Positions 1 to 9,527 are shown, counted from the first letter of the whole stretch. The stretch: DNA of 63,998 nt, filler included, from an uncultured bacterium (GCA_964543115.1; 4 parts of 4 records of this genome joined end to end with filler, not necessarily neighbours in it); one strand, 5' to 3'. The notes: generated by a model not told the origin, from the letters alone. A program made the numbers and translations.

Positions 1-628
1 CATCAACATAACGAATCACCGTAAATGTTATTTTATCTCCTATCTTTAACCAATCAAAACAGGTCGGCAACCCAGATATTTTTCTATATGGTCTTTGGTA
101 ACTCCTGCCATCTCCCCCTACTCCATAACGATTTTCATAACTTACCGTAACAGGCACAAAAAACATCCGCATATACTTAAGATATATTTCGTTACTCACC
201 CCGGAAAAAACTACCTCATTAATTCCCTGTTCCAGGGCCAGAGAGTGGATTTTGACTAATACCTCTTTATAAATTTCATCTCTATCACTACCACTGGTAG
301 GAATAGACATTACCCGTACTTGCAACTGTCCATCTACCAACTCATACCAGATCCAGCCTCTTTTCTCCCCTTGATAATAGATCTCGTAATATTTTTCCTT
401 GCCCGGTTCCGCGAACCAGCGCCCCGATTCTTTCTTAAATATAATTGGCGCAGAAAAATCAGGCATACCCTCTTCCTCTGCTTCAGCCCCAAAAGGTGAC
501 TGGGGAGCCAATGCTGATGAAGCAGCACCAAACCCCACTGTCTGTGAGAATAGGGATAAGATAAGAATAGCTATTAATAGCGCCCTGATTCCTTGCTGAA
601 TTTCTTTCTTAATAATCAAAGAAAACAT
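1..628 (-). CDS. Secreted protein with signal peptide + LAPQSPF motif; 3' end beyond window edge; absent from the supplied ORF track
   Basis: Manual translation from ATG at 628 (AGGA upstream) stays open to base 1: MFSLIIKKEIQQGIRALLIAILILSLFSQTVGFGAASSALAPQSPFGAEAEEEG...; sigma70-like promoter directly upstream. Confidence 0.85.
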   Translation of the reverse strand, partial: MFSLIIKKEIQQGIRALLIAILILSLFSQTVGFGAASSALAPQSPFGAEAEEEGMPDFSAPIIFKKESGRWFAEPGKEKYYEIYYQGEKRGWIWYELVDGQLQVRVMSIPTSGSDRDEIYKEVLVKIHSLALEQGINEVVFSGVSNEIYLKYMRMFFVPVTVSYENRYGVGGDGRSYQRPYRKISGLPTCFDWLKIGDKITFTVIRYVD

Positions 629-681
629 TCTAATCCTTTTATTAGCAATAACTAATATTACTAGAGATGATCTGTTATATA

Positions 682-710
682 AATATAACACACAAAAGTT
701 GATTTGTCAA
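682..710 (-). promoter_or_regulatory. Sigma70-type promoter for the 1-628 ORF
   Basis: TTGACA-N17-TATATT on the minus strand. Confidence 0.7.
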
Positions 711-773
711 TATTGAAGCAAAAATGGAGAATTTCTTATACAGCCCCAAGCAGAACTTGGGACAGGAAAAACT

Positions 774-2552
774 CTACACACTAGATAGAATATCTTGCTC
801 AACGGCCTCTCCGGCCGGTGAATCCAGTTTTTTCTCTCCGGATTTTTCTACATTTTCAGAAGTTCCCTCAGCAGGAGCATATTTAACAACTAACAAATTC
901 GCGATAAAAAGCATGAGCAGGCCGGGAAAACCGATTAAGCAAGCTGCAATACTGGGACGGGTGGCAATAATTTTTTCTATATACTTCGCCGGATCAACTC
1001 CGCGAAAATATTTAAAATAAGTATAAACATCTTGTGCCGTTAGATTCCAGAACCAATCCCGCAGGGAAGGAAAAATTTGCACAATAGCCATTTTAGTAAA
1101 GTCATTTGAGAAGATGAATCCTCCGCCCAGCAACGAAAATATACCTTTCTTAAGCTTTTTATTCTCTATTTTTTGCGCATAGAAAAACAGCATAATCATC
1201 GGCAGAATCATAATTACATTATAATAATAGTACCAGTGGGATAGAATCATCGGCAGTAATGTAATCAAAAGTGTGAACTTCGGCAATTCTACTGAATCTC
1301 TGGCCTGGGCAATATATTTAATAGCAAAATAATATGCGGTTGCCGCACACAGCCCGGGAATTATATACTGAAAAGCAACACCTCCCGTAGAACCAAACAA
1401 CCATACCGGAATCATACTAACATATCTGTGTAGGGTTGTTTTTGACGTTGTTGTTCCCAGAAGTAAATACATCTGCTGGAATTTATGAAACCAAGCCACC
1501 ATGGTAGATGCCGTGCCCACCCATAAGGATGTCAGCACATAAATCAACATCACACCAGTTACAGTATTCATCACCTTCAGTTTGTCCAACCCTATATTGT
1601 TTTTAAATCGCGAAAATAATTCCGGCAGGTAACGGAAAAGTATAATCAGCGGGTACAGCTTGATTCCCCCGGCAACAGCCAGAAAAAAACTGCCGACGAA
1701 AGAAGGCCAAAGCTTTTGCCGGTGAAAGGCAAAGAGATATATGCTCAATCCCATAAAAAAGATAACCAGCGCGTCAATCTGACCCGTAACCAGAGATGAA
1801 ATTACCGGAAAAAACATCGTGAAAAATATGACATTCAAAATCCCCGTATAAAACACCTTCTCTGTCCTCGTGCGTTTTTCCGTAAGCTTCAGTGAAAATA
1901 ACGTTATAATCCCGGAAATCATCCCTACACTCATAGTGATAAACAGACGCAGGGCTGTTGTGAAACTGAAAAAATATGAAAGAGGATAGAACAGGAGTTG
2001 ATTAAAGGGGAAGGCCACATACCCGATACCCCCGCGCTCTTTGAGAAAAGAAAAATACGCCTGTTGTTCCGACATTGATTCACCAGGAGCAGTTCCGAAA
2101 AGATTATCAGGCAAATACGGATTATCTATTTTGGAACCGGCATAATAGCACCAGAAATCTATTCCAACTAGGTCACTTGCCAGCTGTCCTTTAATTAAGG
2201 GGATGGAACAGAAACACACAATCGCAGAAACAATAAGAACAACTATTGCCATAGCGATTATGGTTTTACGATTTAAAGATGATTTTTTTGCGGCAGTTGG
2301 AATTGCTTCTTCTATTGCCGCCTGATCTTCATGATCATCATTTACAGCCACTTCTTCCTGCTGGCCAGTATCAGTACCAGGCACATAAACCTTTTGCGCA
2401 CCGCCATCCTGGAACGCCGACTGAGCCGCCAAGCACCGGCCCCTATCCCGATACTCCGCCCAGGCGATATTTTGCACCAGGAGGGAAAGGACAATCAATA
2501 TCGCTAACGATTTACACAAAGACCGGTAATGTTTTGTTTTTGGATATTTCAT
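774..2552 (-). CDS. GT87/DUF2029-like (GT-C fold) membrane glycosyltransferase with N-terminal signal + CLAAQSAF motif and C-terminal DILSSV
   Basis: DFWCYYAG...NPY, YVAFPFNQLLFYPL, GQIDAL, IKLYP motifs and many hydrophobic helices typical of GT87. Confidence 0.75.
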   Translation of the reverse strand: MKYPKTKHYRSLCKSLAILIVLSLLVQNIAWAEYRDRGRCLAAQSAFQDGGAQKVYVPGTDTGQQEEVAVNDDHEDQAAIEEAIPTAAKKSSLNRKTIIAMAIVVLIVSAIVCFCSIPLIKGQLASDLVGIDFWCYYAGSKIDNPYLPDNLFGTAPGESMSEQQAYFSFLKERGGIGYVAFPFNQLLFYPLSYFFSFTTALRLFITMSVGMISGIITLFSLKLTEKRTRTEKVFYTGILNVIFFTMFFPVISSLVTGQIDALVIFFMGLSIYLFAFHRQKLWPSFVGSFFLAVAGGIKLYPLIILFRYLPELFSRFKNNIGLDKLKVMNTVTGVMLIYVLTSLWVGTASTMVAWFHKFQQMYLLLGTTTSKTTLHRYVSMIPVWLFGSTGGVAFQYIIPGLCAATAYYFAIKYIAQARDSVELPKFTLLITLLPMILSHWYYYYNVIMILPMIMLFFYAQKIENKKLKKGIFSLLGGGFIFSNDFTKMAIVQIFPSLRDWFWNLTAQDVYTYFKYFRGVDPAKYIEKIIATRPSIAACLIGFPGLLMLFIANLLVVKYAPAEGTSENVEKSGEKKLDSPAGEAVEQDILSSV

Positions 2553-2581
2553 AATAAGTAATATTTTGGAAGTTATAGTAA

Positions 2582-2610
2582 TATATGCACCATGAGAAAT
2601 GGTTTGTCAA
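2582..2610 (-). promoter_or_regulatory. Sigma70-type promoter for the GT87-like gene
   Basis: TTGACA-N17-CATATA on the minus strand, about 30 nt above the start codon. Confidence 0.55.
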
Positions 2611-2723
2611 GGGAGGTGGGGATTTTTTTACAAAAAAGAGGTTGGTAAAATTACAAATCGAAATCCGGTTTAAACCATGGAGGGACCGGGATGCTGGTCA
2701 TGGGCGACCAGATACTGCTATCA

Positions 2724-3188
2724 TTAGTATCTATCCTGCATCTTTTTTTGCAGTTCTCTGGCTTTTTCTATTTGCCTGATTTGATACGGCTGGGCTGCAG
2801 GAGTACTCTGATAAGGAGCGGCATACCCGCCAAACTGACTGCCAGGCTGCATTCCTCCACTGGTTGAACTTTTTTTCTCTTCCTTTTTCTGCGACTGCTT
2901 TTCAACAGCTTTTCTATGCTGTTGCTGCCTCTTCAAGGCTTCTTTATTTAACTTCCTAACCTCGCTCTTTGTCAGTGGCTCTATTGGAGTATAATCCTTT
3001 TTCTTTACCGAAGATACTTCCCCCCTGCTAAAGGCCATTTCACCAAACCCTAATTCCACGATAATATTATTTTCATCCTCCCGCACTATTGTCCCTTCAA
3101 CTGTTTTCCCATTAGTTAACGTAATAATATCCGCGGAAGAAATACTCGAAATCAGAAGAAGTAAGAGGACAAAACTGGTAAGCCTCAT
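2724..3188 (-). CDS. Secreted hypothetical protein (small beta domain + Lys/Gln-rich tail)
   Basis: Signal peptide then ADIITLTNGKTVEGTIVRED; low-complexity C-terminus. Confidence 0.75.
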   Translation of the reverse strand: MRLTSFVLLLLLISSISSADIITLTNGKTVEGTIVREDENNIIVELGFGEMAFSRGEVSSVKKKDYTPIEPLTKSEVRKLNKEALKRQQQHRKAVEKQSQKKEEKKSSTSGGMQPGSQFGGYAAPYQSTPAAQPYQIRQIEKARELQKKMQDRY

Positions 3189-3255
3189 CTTTATATCCCT
3201 CAGGCATACAATTGTATGCTAATCGCATACAATTGTGAAGAAAAAAAATCAGGAA

Positions 3256-4449
3256 TCACTCAAAATACACCCGGGGGACATTCAGCTTGCAGAGGACTTC
3301 GTAAGAAATTGTACCTGCCCAGGCGGCAAGTTCGGTAGCGGTAATTACCTCACCCAATTGTTCACCTATCAACACCACTTCATTACCCACTGCCACATCG
3401 GGGATATGGCCGACATCTACCATAATCTGATCCATGGTAATAATACCCACCACCGGGGCCCGCCTTCCCTTGATAATCACTTTTCCCTTACCGGAAAGAC
3501 TGCGGAAATAGCCATTATTGTAACCAATGGGGATAGTGGCAATTCGCGTTCTTTTGTCCGCCACGTAAGTACAACCATAACTTATCGTGCGGCCAGGTTC
3601 CACTGTCTTTAAATAGGCCACCCGGCTTTTTAAAGAGAGAATGGGCCGCAGCGGCACGCTGCAAGACACATCCGGCTGGGGCAACAATCCATAGATACTA
3701 ATTCCTGTCCGCACAAGATTAAGATTGGCATCATTAAAGGTGAGCACGGCGCCGCTATTGCCAATATGTTTAACCGCGAATGATATTCCTTCTCTTTCCG
3801 CCTGCCGGATAACACCTAAAAAACATTCCAATTGATAGCGGGTAAAGCCCATATCCATCTTGGAACTGCTGATATTAGCAAAATGCGAGCAAATCCCCTC
3901 TAATTCCAGCTGCGGAAGACCGGCCGCAAACCTGATAAACTCCCCGGCCTTTTCATGCCAGGTTCCTAACCGGCCCATACCGGTATCAATCTTTAAATGA
4001 ACCTTGATCTTTCTTCCCGCTTTCCGGCCGGCCTCATTCAGAAGCTGGGCCATCTGGCGGGAACATACTATCGGGGTTAATTTATGCCTGACGATTAACC
4101 TGCTATGGGCATACATCCCGGCACTAAGAATTAGAATTCGGGCGCGGGAATGAAGTTTGCGCAGTTCCATGGCCTCGGCAATACTGGTTACCCCCAGCCA
4201 CCGGACATCATTCTCAATAGCCGCCCGGCTGATCTCCCGCAGTCCATGGCCATAGGCATCGGCCTTAATCACGGCCAGGAGATCCGTCTCCGGACCAAGA
4301 TGTGCGCGCAACGCAGAAATATTGGCGCGAAAAGCGCCAAGGTCGATTTCCGCCCAGGCATTGAACAGCGGATTAACCGGCTTATTGCGGGGCTGAATCT
4401 TTTCCCGTCGGAATAAATTTATGTCTCTGGTTAAAGATATTGTTTTCAT
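3256..4449 (-). CDS. alr: Alanine racemase
   Basis: AVIKADAYGHG PLP-lysine motif, HLKIDTGMGRLG, GICSHFA, IPIGYNNGY, TISYEVLC. Confidence 0.97.
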   Translation of the reverse strand: MKTISLTRDINLFRREKIQPRNKPVNPLFNAWAEIDLGAFRANISALRAHLGPETDLLAVIKADAYGHGLREISRAAIENDVRWLGVTSIAEAMELRKLHSRARILILSAGMYAHSRLIVRHKLTPIVCSRQMAQLLNEAGRKAGRKIKVHLKIDTGMGRLGTWHEKAGEFIRFAAGLPQLELEGICSHFANISSSKMDMGFTRYQLECFLGVIRQAEREGISFAVKHIGNSGAVLTFNDANLNLVRTGISIYGLLPQPDVSCSVPLRPILSLKSRVAYLKTVEPGRTISYGCTYVADKRTRIATIPIGYNNGYFRSLSGKGKVIIKGRRAPVVGIITMDQIMVDVGHIPDVAVGNEVVLIGEQLGEVITATELAAWAGTISYEVLCKLNVPRVYFE

Positions 4450-5129
4450 TTTTTACTCTGAGTTACAATCTTATCATATATGTAGAGCGGCTCAAAAGTT
4501 TTTTGTGTGATTCCGCGTTTTATTTTGCTCTCGGCTAATAAAGCCACATCCACTGCGCGAGGATACAGTTCCCCCGCTGCTGGTTCGCCCCCCGGAAGAG
4601 AATCTTTAAATTTTCCTAGATCAGGGCCGAACAGACAGCTTTTTTCCGGCAATTCTTTAAGGAAATCGCTCAAGACCGCAGCATAGGGTTCTCTTACCTG
4701 GATAATTTCCTGATTGTCGATCCGATAACAACCGGCATAAACCTCGCCCCGTTTTGCATCAATAAAGGGAATTAAATATTCAGTATCCGCCGGACAACCA
4801 GCTGAACCGCTTTCCACAATAAACCGATGGCACAATACCTCTAAAGAACAAATTCCCCATAAAGATTTCCCACCCGGCATAGCCAATCCCTGGGCAGCAG
4901 CCATCCCCACCCTGATACCGGTAAACGACCCGGGTCCGATATCCACCGCAAACGCGTCTATCCCGGCAATATCCACCGCTAACCCGGTTAACAATCCCTC
5001 CAGGGCCTGAACCAGATTGGCCGCATGCCGCAATTTTGTATCAATAGTAATCTCTCCCAACAGCTGGCCGTCCTCCACCAAGGCCAGGCTGCCAATCCTG
5101 CTTACCGTATCTATACCTAGTATCTTCAC
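4446..5129 (-). CDS. tsaB: t6A biosynthesis protein TsaB
   Basis: MKILGIDT, GPGSFTGIRVG, IDAKRGEVY; adjacent to tsaE. Confidence 0.95.
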   Translation of the reverse strand: MKILGIDTVSRIGSLALVEDGQLLGEITIDTKLRHAANLVQALEGLLTGLAVDIAGIDAFAVDIGPGSFTGIRVGMAAAQGLAMPGGKSLWGICSLEVLCHRFIVESGSAGCPADTEYLIPFIDAKRGEVYAGCYRIDNQEIIQVREPYAAVLSDFLKELPEKSCLFGPDLGKFKDSLPGGEPAAGELYPRAVDVALLAESKIKRGITQKTFEPLYIYDKIVTQSKK

Positions 5130-5566
5130 TTATTAAACCGTCCTTTATCCGGTGCAACAATCTCCAGCCGACGTTCTTCCGGCCCGATAATATCGATATT
5201 AATCACTATACTACCCGGAGGCAACAATCCTTCAGCTTTATCCGCCCATTCCACAATAGATACACCTTTGCCGTAAAAATATTCTTCATAACCCAGTTCG
5301 GCCATCTCCCTGAGATTATTAAGCCGGTAAATATCAAAATGATATACAGGCAGCCGCCCCTGATATTCATTAATCAAGACAAAGGTGGAACTGCGTCCAC
5401 TGTAATCGTCTTTAACCTCCAGTCCCTCCATCAACCCCTGAACCAGACACGTTTTTCCGGCCCCCAGCTCGCCAATCAACGCCACTACTTCTCCCGGCCG
5501 CAAAACACCTCCCCACTCCCTGCCTAATCTTTGCGTTTCCTGCGGACTTTTGCTGATAATCTTCAT
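5126..5566 (-). CDS. tsaE: t6A biosynthesis ATPase TsaE
   Basis: GELGAGKT P-loop, SSTFVLINEY, YHFDIYRL, IVEWA. Confidence 0.96.
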   Translation of the reverse strand: MKIISKSPQETQRLGREWGGVLRPGEVVALIGELGAGKTCLVQGLMEGLEVKDDYSGRSSTFVLINEYQGRLPVYHFDIYRLNNLREMAELGYEEYFYGKGVSIVEWADKAEGLLPPGSIVINIDIIGPEERRLEIVAPDKGRFNK

Positions 5567-5571
5567 CTTAA

Positions 5572-6501
5572 CTAAAATGCCCTGTAACCTTTTGGCACAA
5601 GCTTTCTCTCTCTGCCTTGCCTGTCCACAATGACCAAATTATGGCGAACCGGCACAATCTCACCAATCACCGTCAGGGGAACTCCCCTAAAATTCCATTT
5701 GTTTACTAACTTCGGCGCGGCTGTAGAAGAAACCGTAAACAGCAATTCAAAATCTTCGCCGTCTTCCAGTGCCGCGGCCACCGACCCCCTTCCGGACTTA
5801 AGCGCCGCCCAGGAAAGAGGCAATGCCTGCTCAAATAATTTCGCGCCGACTTTACTGGCCTTGATTATCCGAAAGAGATCCAGGGCTAAACCATCAGTAA
5901 CATCAATCATACTATGAATTCTTGCCCGCTTAACAAGCCATTGCGCTTCTTTAAGCCGCGGCTGAAACTTATATTGTTTTCTTGCCCGGCTGCCCCCTAA
6001 CCGGCCGGTAACCAAAATCCTGTCACCTATCCGGGCCCCGCCGCGCCGGCAGGATTTAGTTTGAACGGTCTCCCCTAAAATCGTAACAGAAATAAAAATC
6101 CTGCCGGGGGACCGGACAGTATCCCCGCCAACGATATCCAGATTAAAACAGCGGGCGATTTTTTCCATCCCCCTGGTTAGCCCTTTAACAAAAGCTACTG
6201 AAATATCTGCCGGTAAACCAAGAGAAATAACCGCCGCCCGGGGTAACGCCGCCATTGCCGCCAGATCACTAAGGCTAGAGCCAATGGCCTTCCAACCTAT
6301 CTCGCTCGGGCTGGCTTCCCTACACGTAAAATGAACTCCTTCAATCAGACAATCAGTAGTCAGCACCTGGAGTTTATTTTTGGCAACTTTAAGGAGAGCG
6401 GCATCGTCACCTATACCCAAGAGTGTGCGGGAGGAAATACGATAATGGCGGGAGAATTCCTTGATTAATTCTAATTCTCCTAGATCCCTGACCTTACTCA
6501 T
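5572..6501 (-). CDS. thiL: Thiamine-monophosphate kinase
   Basis: GIGDDAA, SDLAAM, GGDT, DVTDGLALDL, GEDFELLF. Confidence 0.96.
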   Translation of the reverse strand: MSKVRDLGELELIKEFSRHYRISSRTLLGIGDDAALLKVAKNKLQVLTTDCLIEGVHFTCREASPSEIGWKAIGSSLSDLAAMAALPRAAVISLGLPADISVAFVKGLTRGMEKIARCFNLDIVGGDTVRSPGRIFISVTILGETVQTKSCRRGGARIGDRILVTGRLGGSRARKQYKFQPRLKEAQWLVKRARIHSMIDVTDGLALDLFRIIKASKVGAKLFEQALPLSWAALKSGRGSVAAALEDGEDFELLFTVSSTAAPKLVNKWNFRGVPLTVIGEIVPVRHNLVIVDRQGRERKLVPKGYRAF

Positions 6502-7511
6502 TTATTCATAACATATTCAGCCCCGCGGACAGCCCGGGAGGCTATTTTGTTGTAGGCTTTAATATTTCCGGCAGTCAATACTTGTAGAAACTGTTCCTGG
6601 CGTTCCAGAGCAGAAGGAATAAAATTACTTCCCGGCGCCGGAGAATAGGAAATAAGCTGAACCACCACCGGCAATCCCAGTAACTTTTTTGTCATTAACC
6701 GGGCATCACCGAGAGAATCATTAAGACCTTCAATCAGTGTATATTGCAAATCCACGGTACGGCCCGTTTTTCTCCCGTAATATTTAATTGTTTCCAGCAA
6801 ATCTTCAAGCGGATACTCTTCGTTTATCGGAATGAGAAATGTCCTGATCTCATCATTAACCGCGTGCAAACGAATAGATAAATTAACCGGCAGATGGTTA
6901 TTCGCCAGATTCTGTATCTGGGGAATCAAACCGCAGGTAGTTAGAAGAATATTGCGCATATAAAACCGCAAACCCCAACGGCTGTTGATAATCTGTATGG
7001 CCTTAGCTACTGCTTCATAATTAGCAAGAGGCTCCCCCATCCCGCTGAAGGAGATCTTATTAACGGCGGAACTTGCTTGGGTAAGCGCCTGAACCTTAAC
7101 TATCTGATCAATCATCTCTCCGATAGTCAGATCACGCACAAAAGGCTTTAATTCATAGTCCAACCGGCTAAGATAACCGTTGCCGATCTGACTGGCAAGA
7201 ACGAGGGTCTCCCCGACAAGTTCCGCGGGAAAACCCTGAAAATCTTCCGTAGTAAAATAATAACTTTGTTTATCTGAAGAAATGTTCTTTTTCTGCAGCA
7301 ATAATGAAGAAGTTTTGGTTAAGGGAAGGAGTTTTTCGATAAAGGCCTTGGGGATATTGGCCATTTTTGTAAGATCAGCAACACGATGATTGATTCGCCT
7401 GTTATAGAGCCAATCCAGAATCTGCGCGGCGCGAAAACGGGGCTGCCCCAGTTCTTCTACGAAAACACGCAATTCATCTAAGGTTAAGCCTTTTAGATCG
7501 AGACTATCCAT
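6498..7511 (-). CDS. RlmN/Cfr-like protein lacking the radical-SAM cysteines (probable pseudoenzyme)
   Basis: RlmN-like N-terminus (GQPRFRAAQILDWLY), GMGEPLANY, LHAVNDEIR, EGLNDS; the CxxxCxxC position reads SQIGNGYLSRL; start placed at MDSLDLK (track extends to 7526). Confidence 0.85.
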   Translation of the reverse strand: MDSLDLKGLTLDELRVFVEELGQPRFRAAQILDWLYNRRINHRVADLTKMANIPKAFIEKLLPLTKTSSLLLQKKNISSDKQSYYFTTEDFQGFPAELVGETLVLASQIGNGYLSRLDYELKPFVRDLTIGEMIDQIVKVQALTQASSAVNKISFSGMGEPLANYEAVAKAIQIINSRWGLRFYMRNILLTTCGLIPQIQNLANNHLPVNLSIRLHAVNDEIRTFLIPINEEYPLEDLLETIKYYGRKTGRTVDLQYTLIEGLNDSLGDARLMTKKLLGLPVVVQLISYSPAPGSNFIPSALERQEQFLQVLTAGNIKAYNKIASRAVRGAEYVMNK

Positions 7512-7677
7512 ACTACAAACCCGCAAGATGGTCCTTTTTTAGAAACAGTTTCTGTTTGTAGCGGCGGGCTATGGCCGCCGTGCTAGCAATTGCTAGTCAA
7601 TACGTTAGGGTTAGCATTATCTAATACCCTTTTTGGTTGAAACTGTATCTCGCTGTGTTAATCTCCAGTCAAGCGAT

Positions 7678-7705
7678 ATTATAGCATATTACTTTACAAA
7701 TGCAA
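7678..7705 (-). promoter_or_regulatory. Sigma70-type promoter for the rlmN-like/thiL/tsaE/tsaB/alr operon
   Basis: TTGCAT-N16-TATAAT with extended TG. Confidence 0.55.
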
Positions 7706-7736
7706 GTATTTTCTTCTATAATACGATAAAAATCAT

Positions 7737-9038
7737 ATGCAACCTTCCAAATATATTAATCTCTTTAAAAACAAAAACTTTCTCGCCCTCTGGCTGGGCC
7801 AAATCATCTCGGAATTTGGCGACCGCTTTGCCCAAATGGCCCTATTAGCCAGCGTCTATTACGGCCTCCAGCGTGACACCCCTCAATCAGGCGGAATGCT
7901 CCAGCTGGCCATCCTGCTTACTTTCATGGTTGTTCCCGTATTTCTAGTCGGCCCTGTCGCCGGGGTTTATGTAGACCGCTGGAACAGAAAGCACACCATG
8001 ATCTGTTCTGATATCCTGCGGGGAATACTGATCCTCTTGATCCCCTTTCTACTCATCAAAATGAAAATGCTTTTTCTCATTTATATTATTGTCTTTCTGA
8101 TCTTTTCTGTAACCAGATTCTTCCTGCCGGCAAAACTTGGCATTATTCCGGATATCGTTCCCGAAAAAGACCTCCTGCTTGCTAACTCCCTGATCGTCAC
8201 CTCCGGTTTGATCGCCATGGTAGTCGGCTTGGGAGCAGGTGGCATCATCATTGATCTGGTGGGGATAAGAGCGGGTTTATATATCGACTGCGCTACTTAC
8301 TTTATCTCCGCACTGGCCATCATGCTGATCAGGATGCCCAAAAGAAAAAAAGCGGCTAAAGAAAGTATCCTGGCGCATGAAAAAAGAATCAAAGAAATAG
8401 AAAAGAATGTCTTTCATGATATCGCCCACAGTATCAGTTACATATTCCGGCATTCAGATATTCCCTTTGTGCTGCGCACCTTCTTCATCCTAATGAGCGG
8501 GATCGGCGCTATCTACCTCGTTTTTATCGATTTTGTTTTAAAAAATCTGACCGTTCCCACAGAAGTCGGCCGCATCATCGGTTTCGGCCAATTTGGCTTT
8601 ATTATCTTTTCTTTCGGTCTGGGCGCCTTTATCGGCACAACCATCTTCGGGCGCTATGGACAACGCCTCTCCCGGGAAAGGGCCATCCTGACGGGATTTT
8701 CCTTTAGCGGCATCGCCCTGACTACATTTGCTTACGCGACCTGGCTCCTGAAGAACTTCTGGTTAACCAATTCCCTGGCCGTCCTAATGGGTGTCGCCGC
8801 CGCCCCGATAATCGTACTATCCTACACCATGCTCCATGAAGTAACCACAGATGAAATGCGCGGCCGCGTATTCACAACAGTGGAAATCGTTATTCACATC
8901 GCCTTCCTCTCATTTATGTACTTTTCCATGGTGCTGGTAAACATCCTTAAATTCTCCACGGTTCATATTCTGGGCCTCTCCGGGCTGCTTGCCTGCCTGT
9001 ACGGCCTGATCAGCCTGCTGCGGCACAAACACGATTGA
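7737..9038 (+). CDS. MFS transporter (DHA3/MefA-like)
   Basis: LWLGQIISEFGD, GVYVDRWNRKHTMICSDILRG motif A, EMRGRVF; about 12 hydrophobic segments. Confidence 0.92.
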   Translation: MQPSKYINLFKNKNFLALWLGQIISEFGDRFAQMALLASVYYGLQRDTPQSGGMLQLAILLTFMVVPVFLVGPVAGVYVDRWNRKHTMICSDILRGILILLIPFLLIKMKMLFLIYIIVFLIFSVTRFFLPAKLGIIPDIVPEKDLLLANSLIVTSGLIAMVVGLGAGGIIIDLVGIRAGLYIDCATYFISALAIMLIRMPKRKKAAKESILAHEKRIKEIEKNVFHDIAHSISYIFRHSDIPFVLRTFFILMSGIGAIYLVFIDFVLKNLTVPTEVGRIIGFGQFGFIIFSFGLGAFIGTTIFGRYGQRLSRERAILTGFSFSGIALTTFAYATWLLKNFWLTNSLAVLMGVAAAPIIVLSYTMLHEVTTDEMRGRVFTTVEIVIHIAFLSFMYFSMVLVNILKFSTVHILGLSGLLACLYGLISLLRHKHD

Positions 9039-9041
9039 GAA

Positions 9042-9069
9042 TTGACCCTAGCTGCTAATTTGTTATAAT
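9042..9069 (+). promoter_or_regulatory. Sigma70-type promoter for queF-era
   Basis: TTGACC-N16-TATAAT with extended TG. Confidence 0.6.
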
Positions 9070-9122
9070 ACTGCGAAATAAAAACAAATATCCATTGGTG
9101 AGACATAAGGAGGAAGAATAAA

Positions 9123-9527
9123 ATGGGAGCGATGAAAAAATCAAGCTACGAGGGATTACAGAAAAAAGTACGGACAATGAAAACCCCGGAAATCGAGGTC
9201 TGGAAAAATCAATACTCTGATAAAAATTATATTATCAATCTTAATATACCGGAGTTTACCTGTATCTGCCCCAAAACCGGGCTGCCGGATTTCGCCGTTA
9301 TTCTTATTAATTACACCCCCGATAAGCACTGCCTGGAATTAAAAAGCCTGAAACTTTATCTCAATCATTACCGCAACCTGGGAATTTTCCACGAGCACCT
9401 CATTAACAGGATAGGAGAGGATATTGTAAAATCCTGCCGGCCGCGCTGGCTGGAAATAACCGGGGAATTTAATGTGCGCGGCGGAATAAAGACAACGGTG
9501 AGGACTGAATATGGAAGAAAAAAGTAA
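9123..9527 (+). CDS. queF: 7-cyano-7-deazaguanine reductase (type I)
   Basis: PEFTCICPKTGLPDFA, ELKSLKLYL, FHE, RGGI. Confidence 0.97.
   Translation: MGAMKKSSYEGLQKKVRTMKTPEIEVWKNQYSDKNYIINLNIPEFTCICPKTGLPDFAVILINYTPDKHCLELKSLKLYLNHYRNLGIFHEHLINRIGEDIVKSCRPRWLEITGEFNVRGGIKTTVRTEYGRKK

Noticed and set aside
334..1020. Short ORFs 334-531, 399-599 and 724-1020
   Set aside because: They overlap the better supported 1-628 and 774-2552 genes in other frames or antisense and have no motifs.
6498..7526. Functional rlmN call
   Set aside because: All Fe-S ligating cysteines and the C-terminal catalytic cysteine motif are missing, so the gene symbol was withheld.
9070..9122. preQ1 riboswitch upstream of queF
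   Set aside because: An A-rich stretch is present but no P1 stem or ligand-binding loop precedes it.
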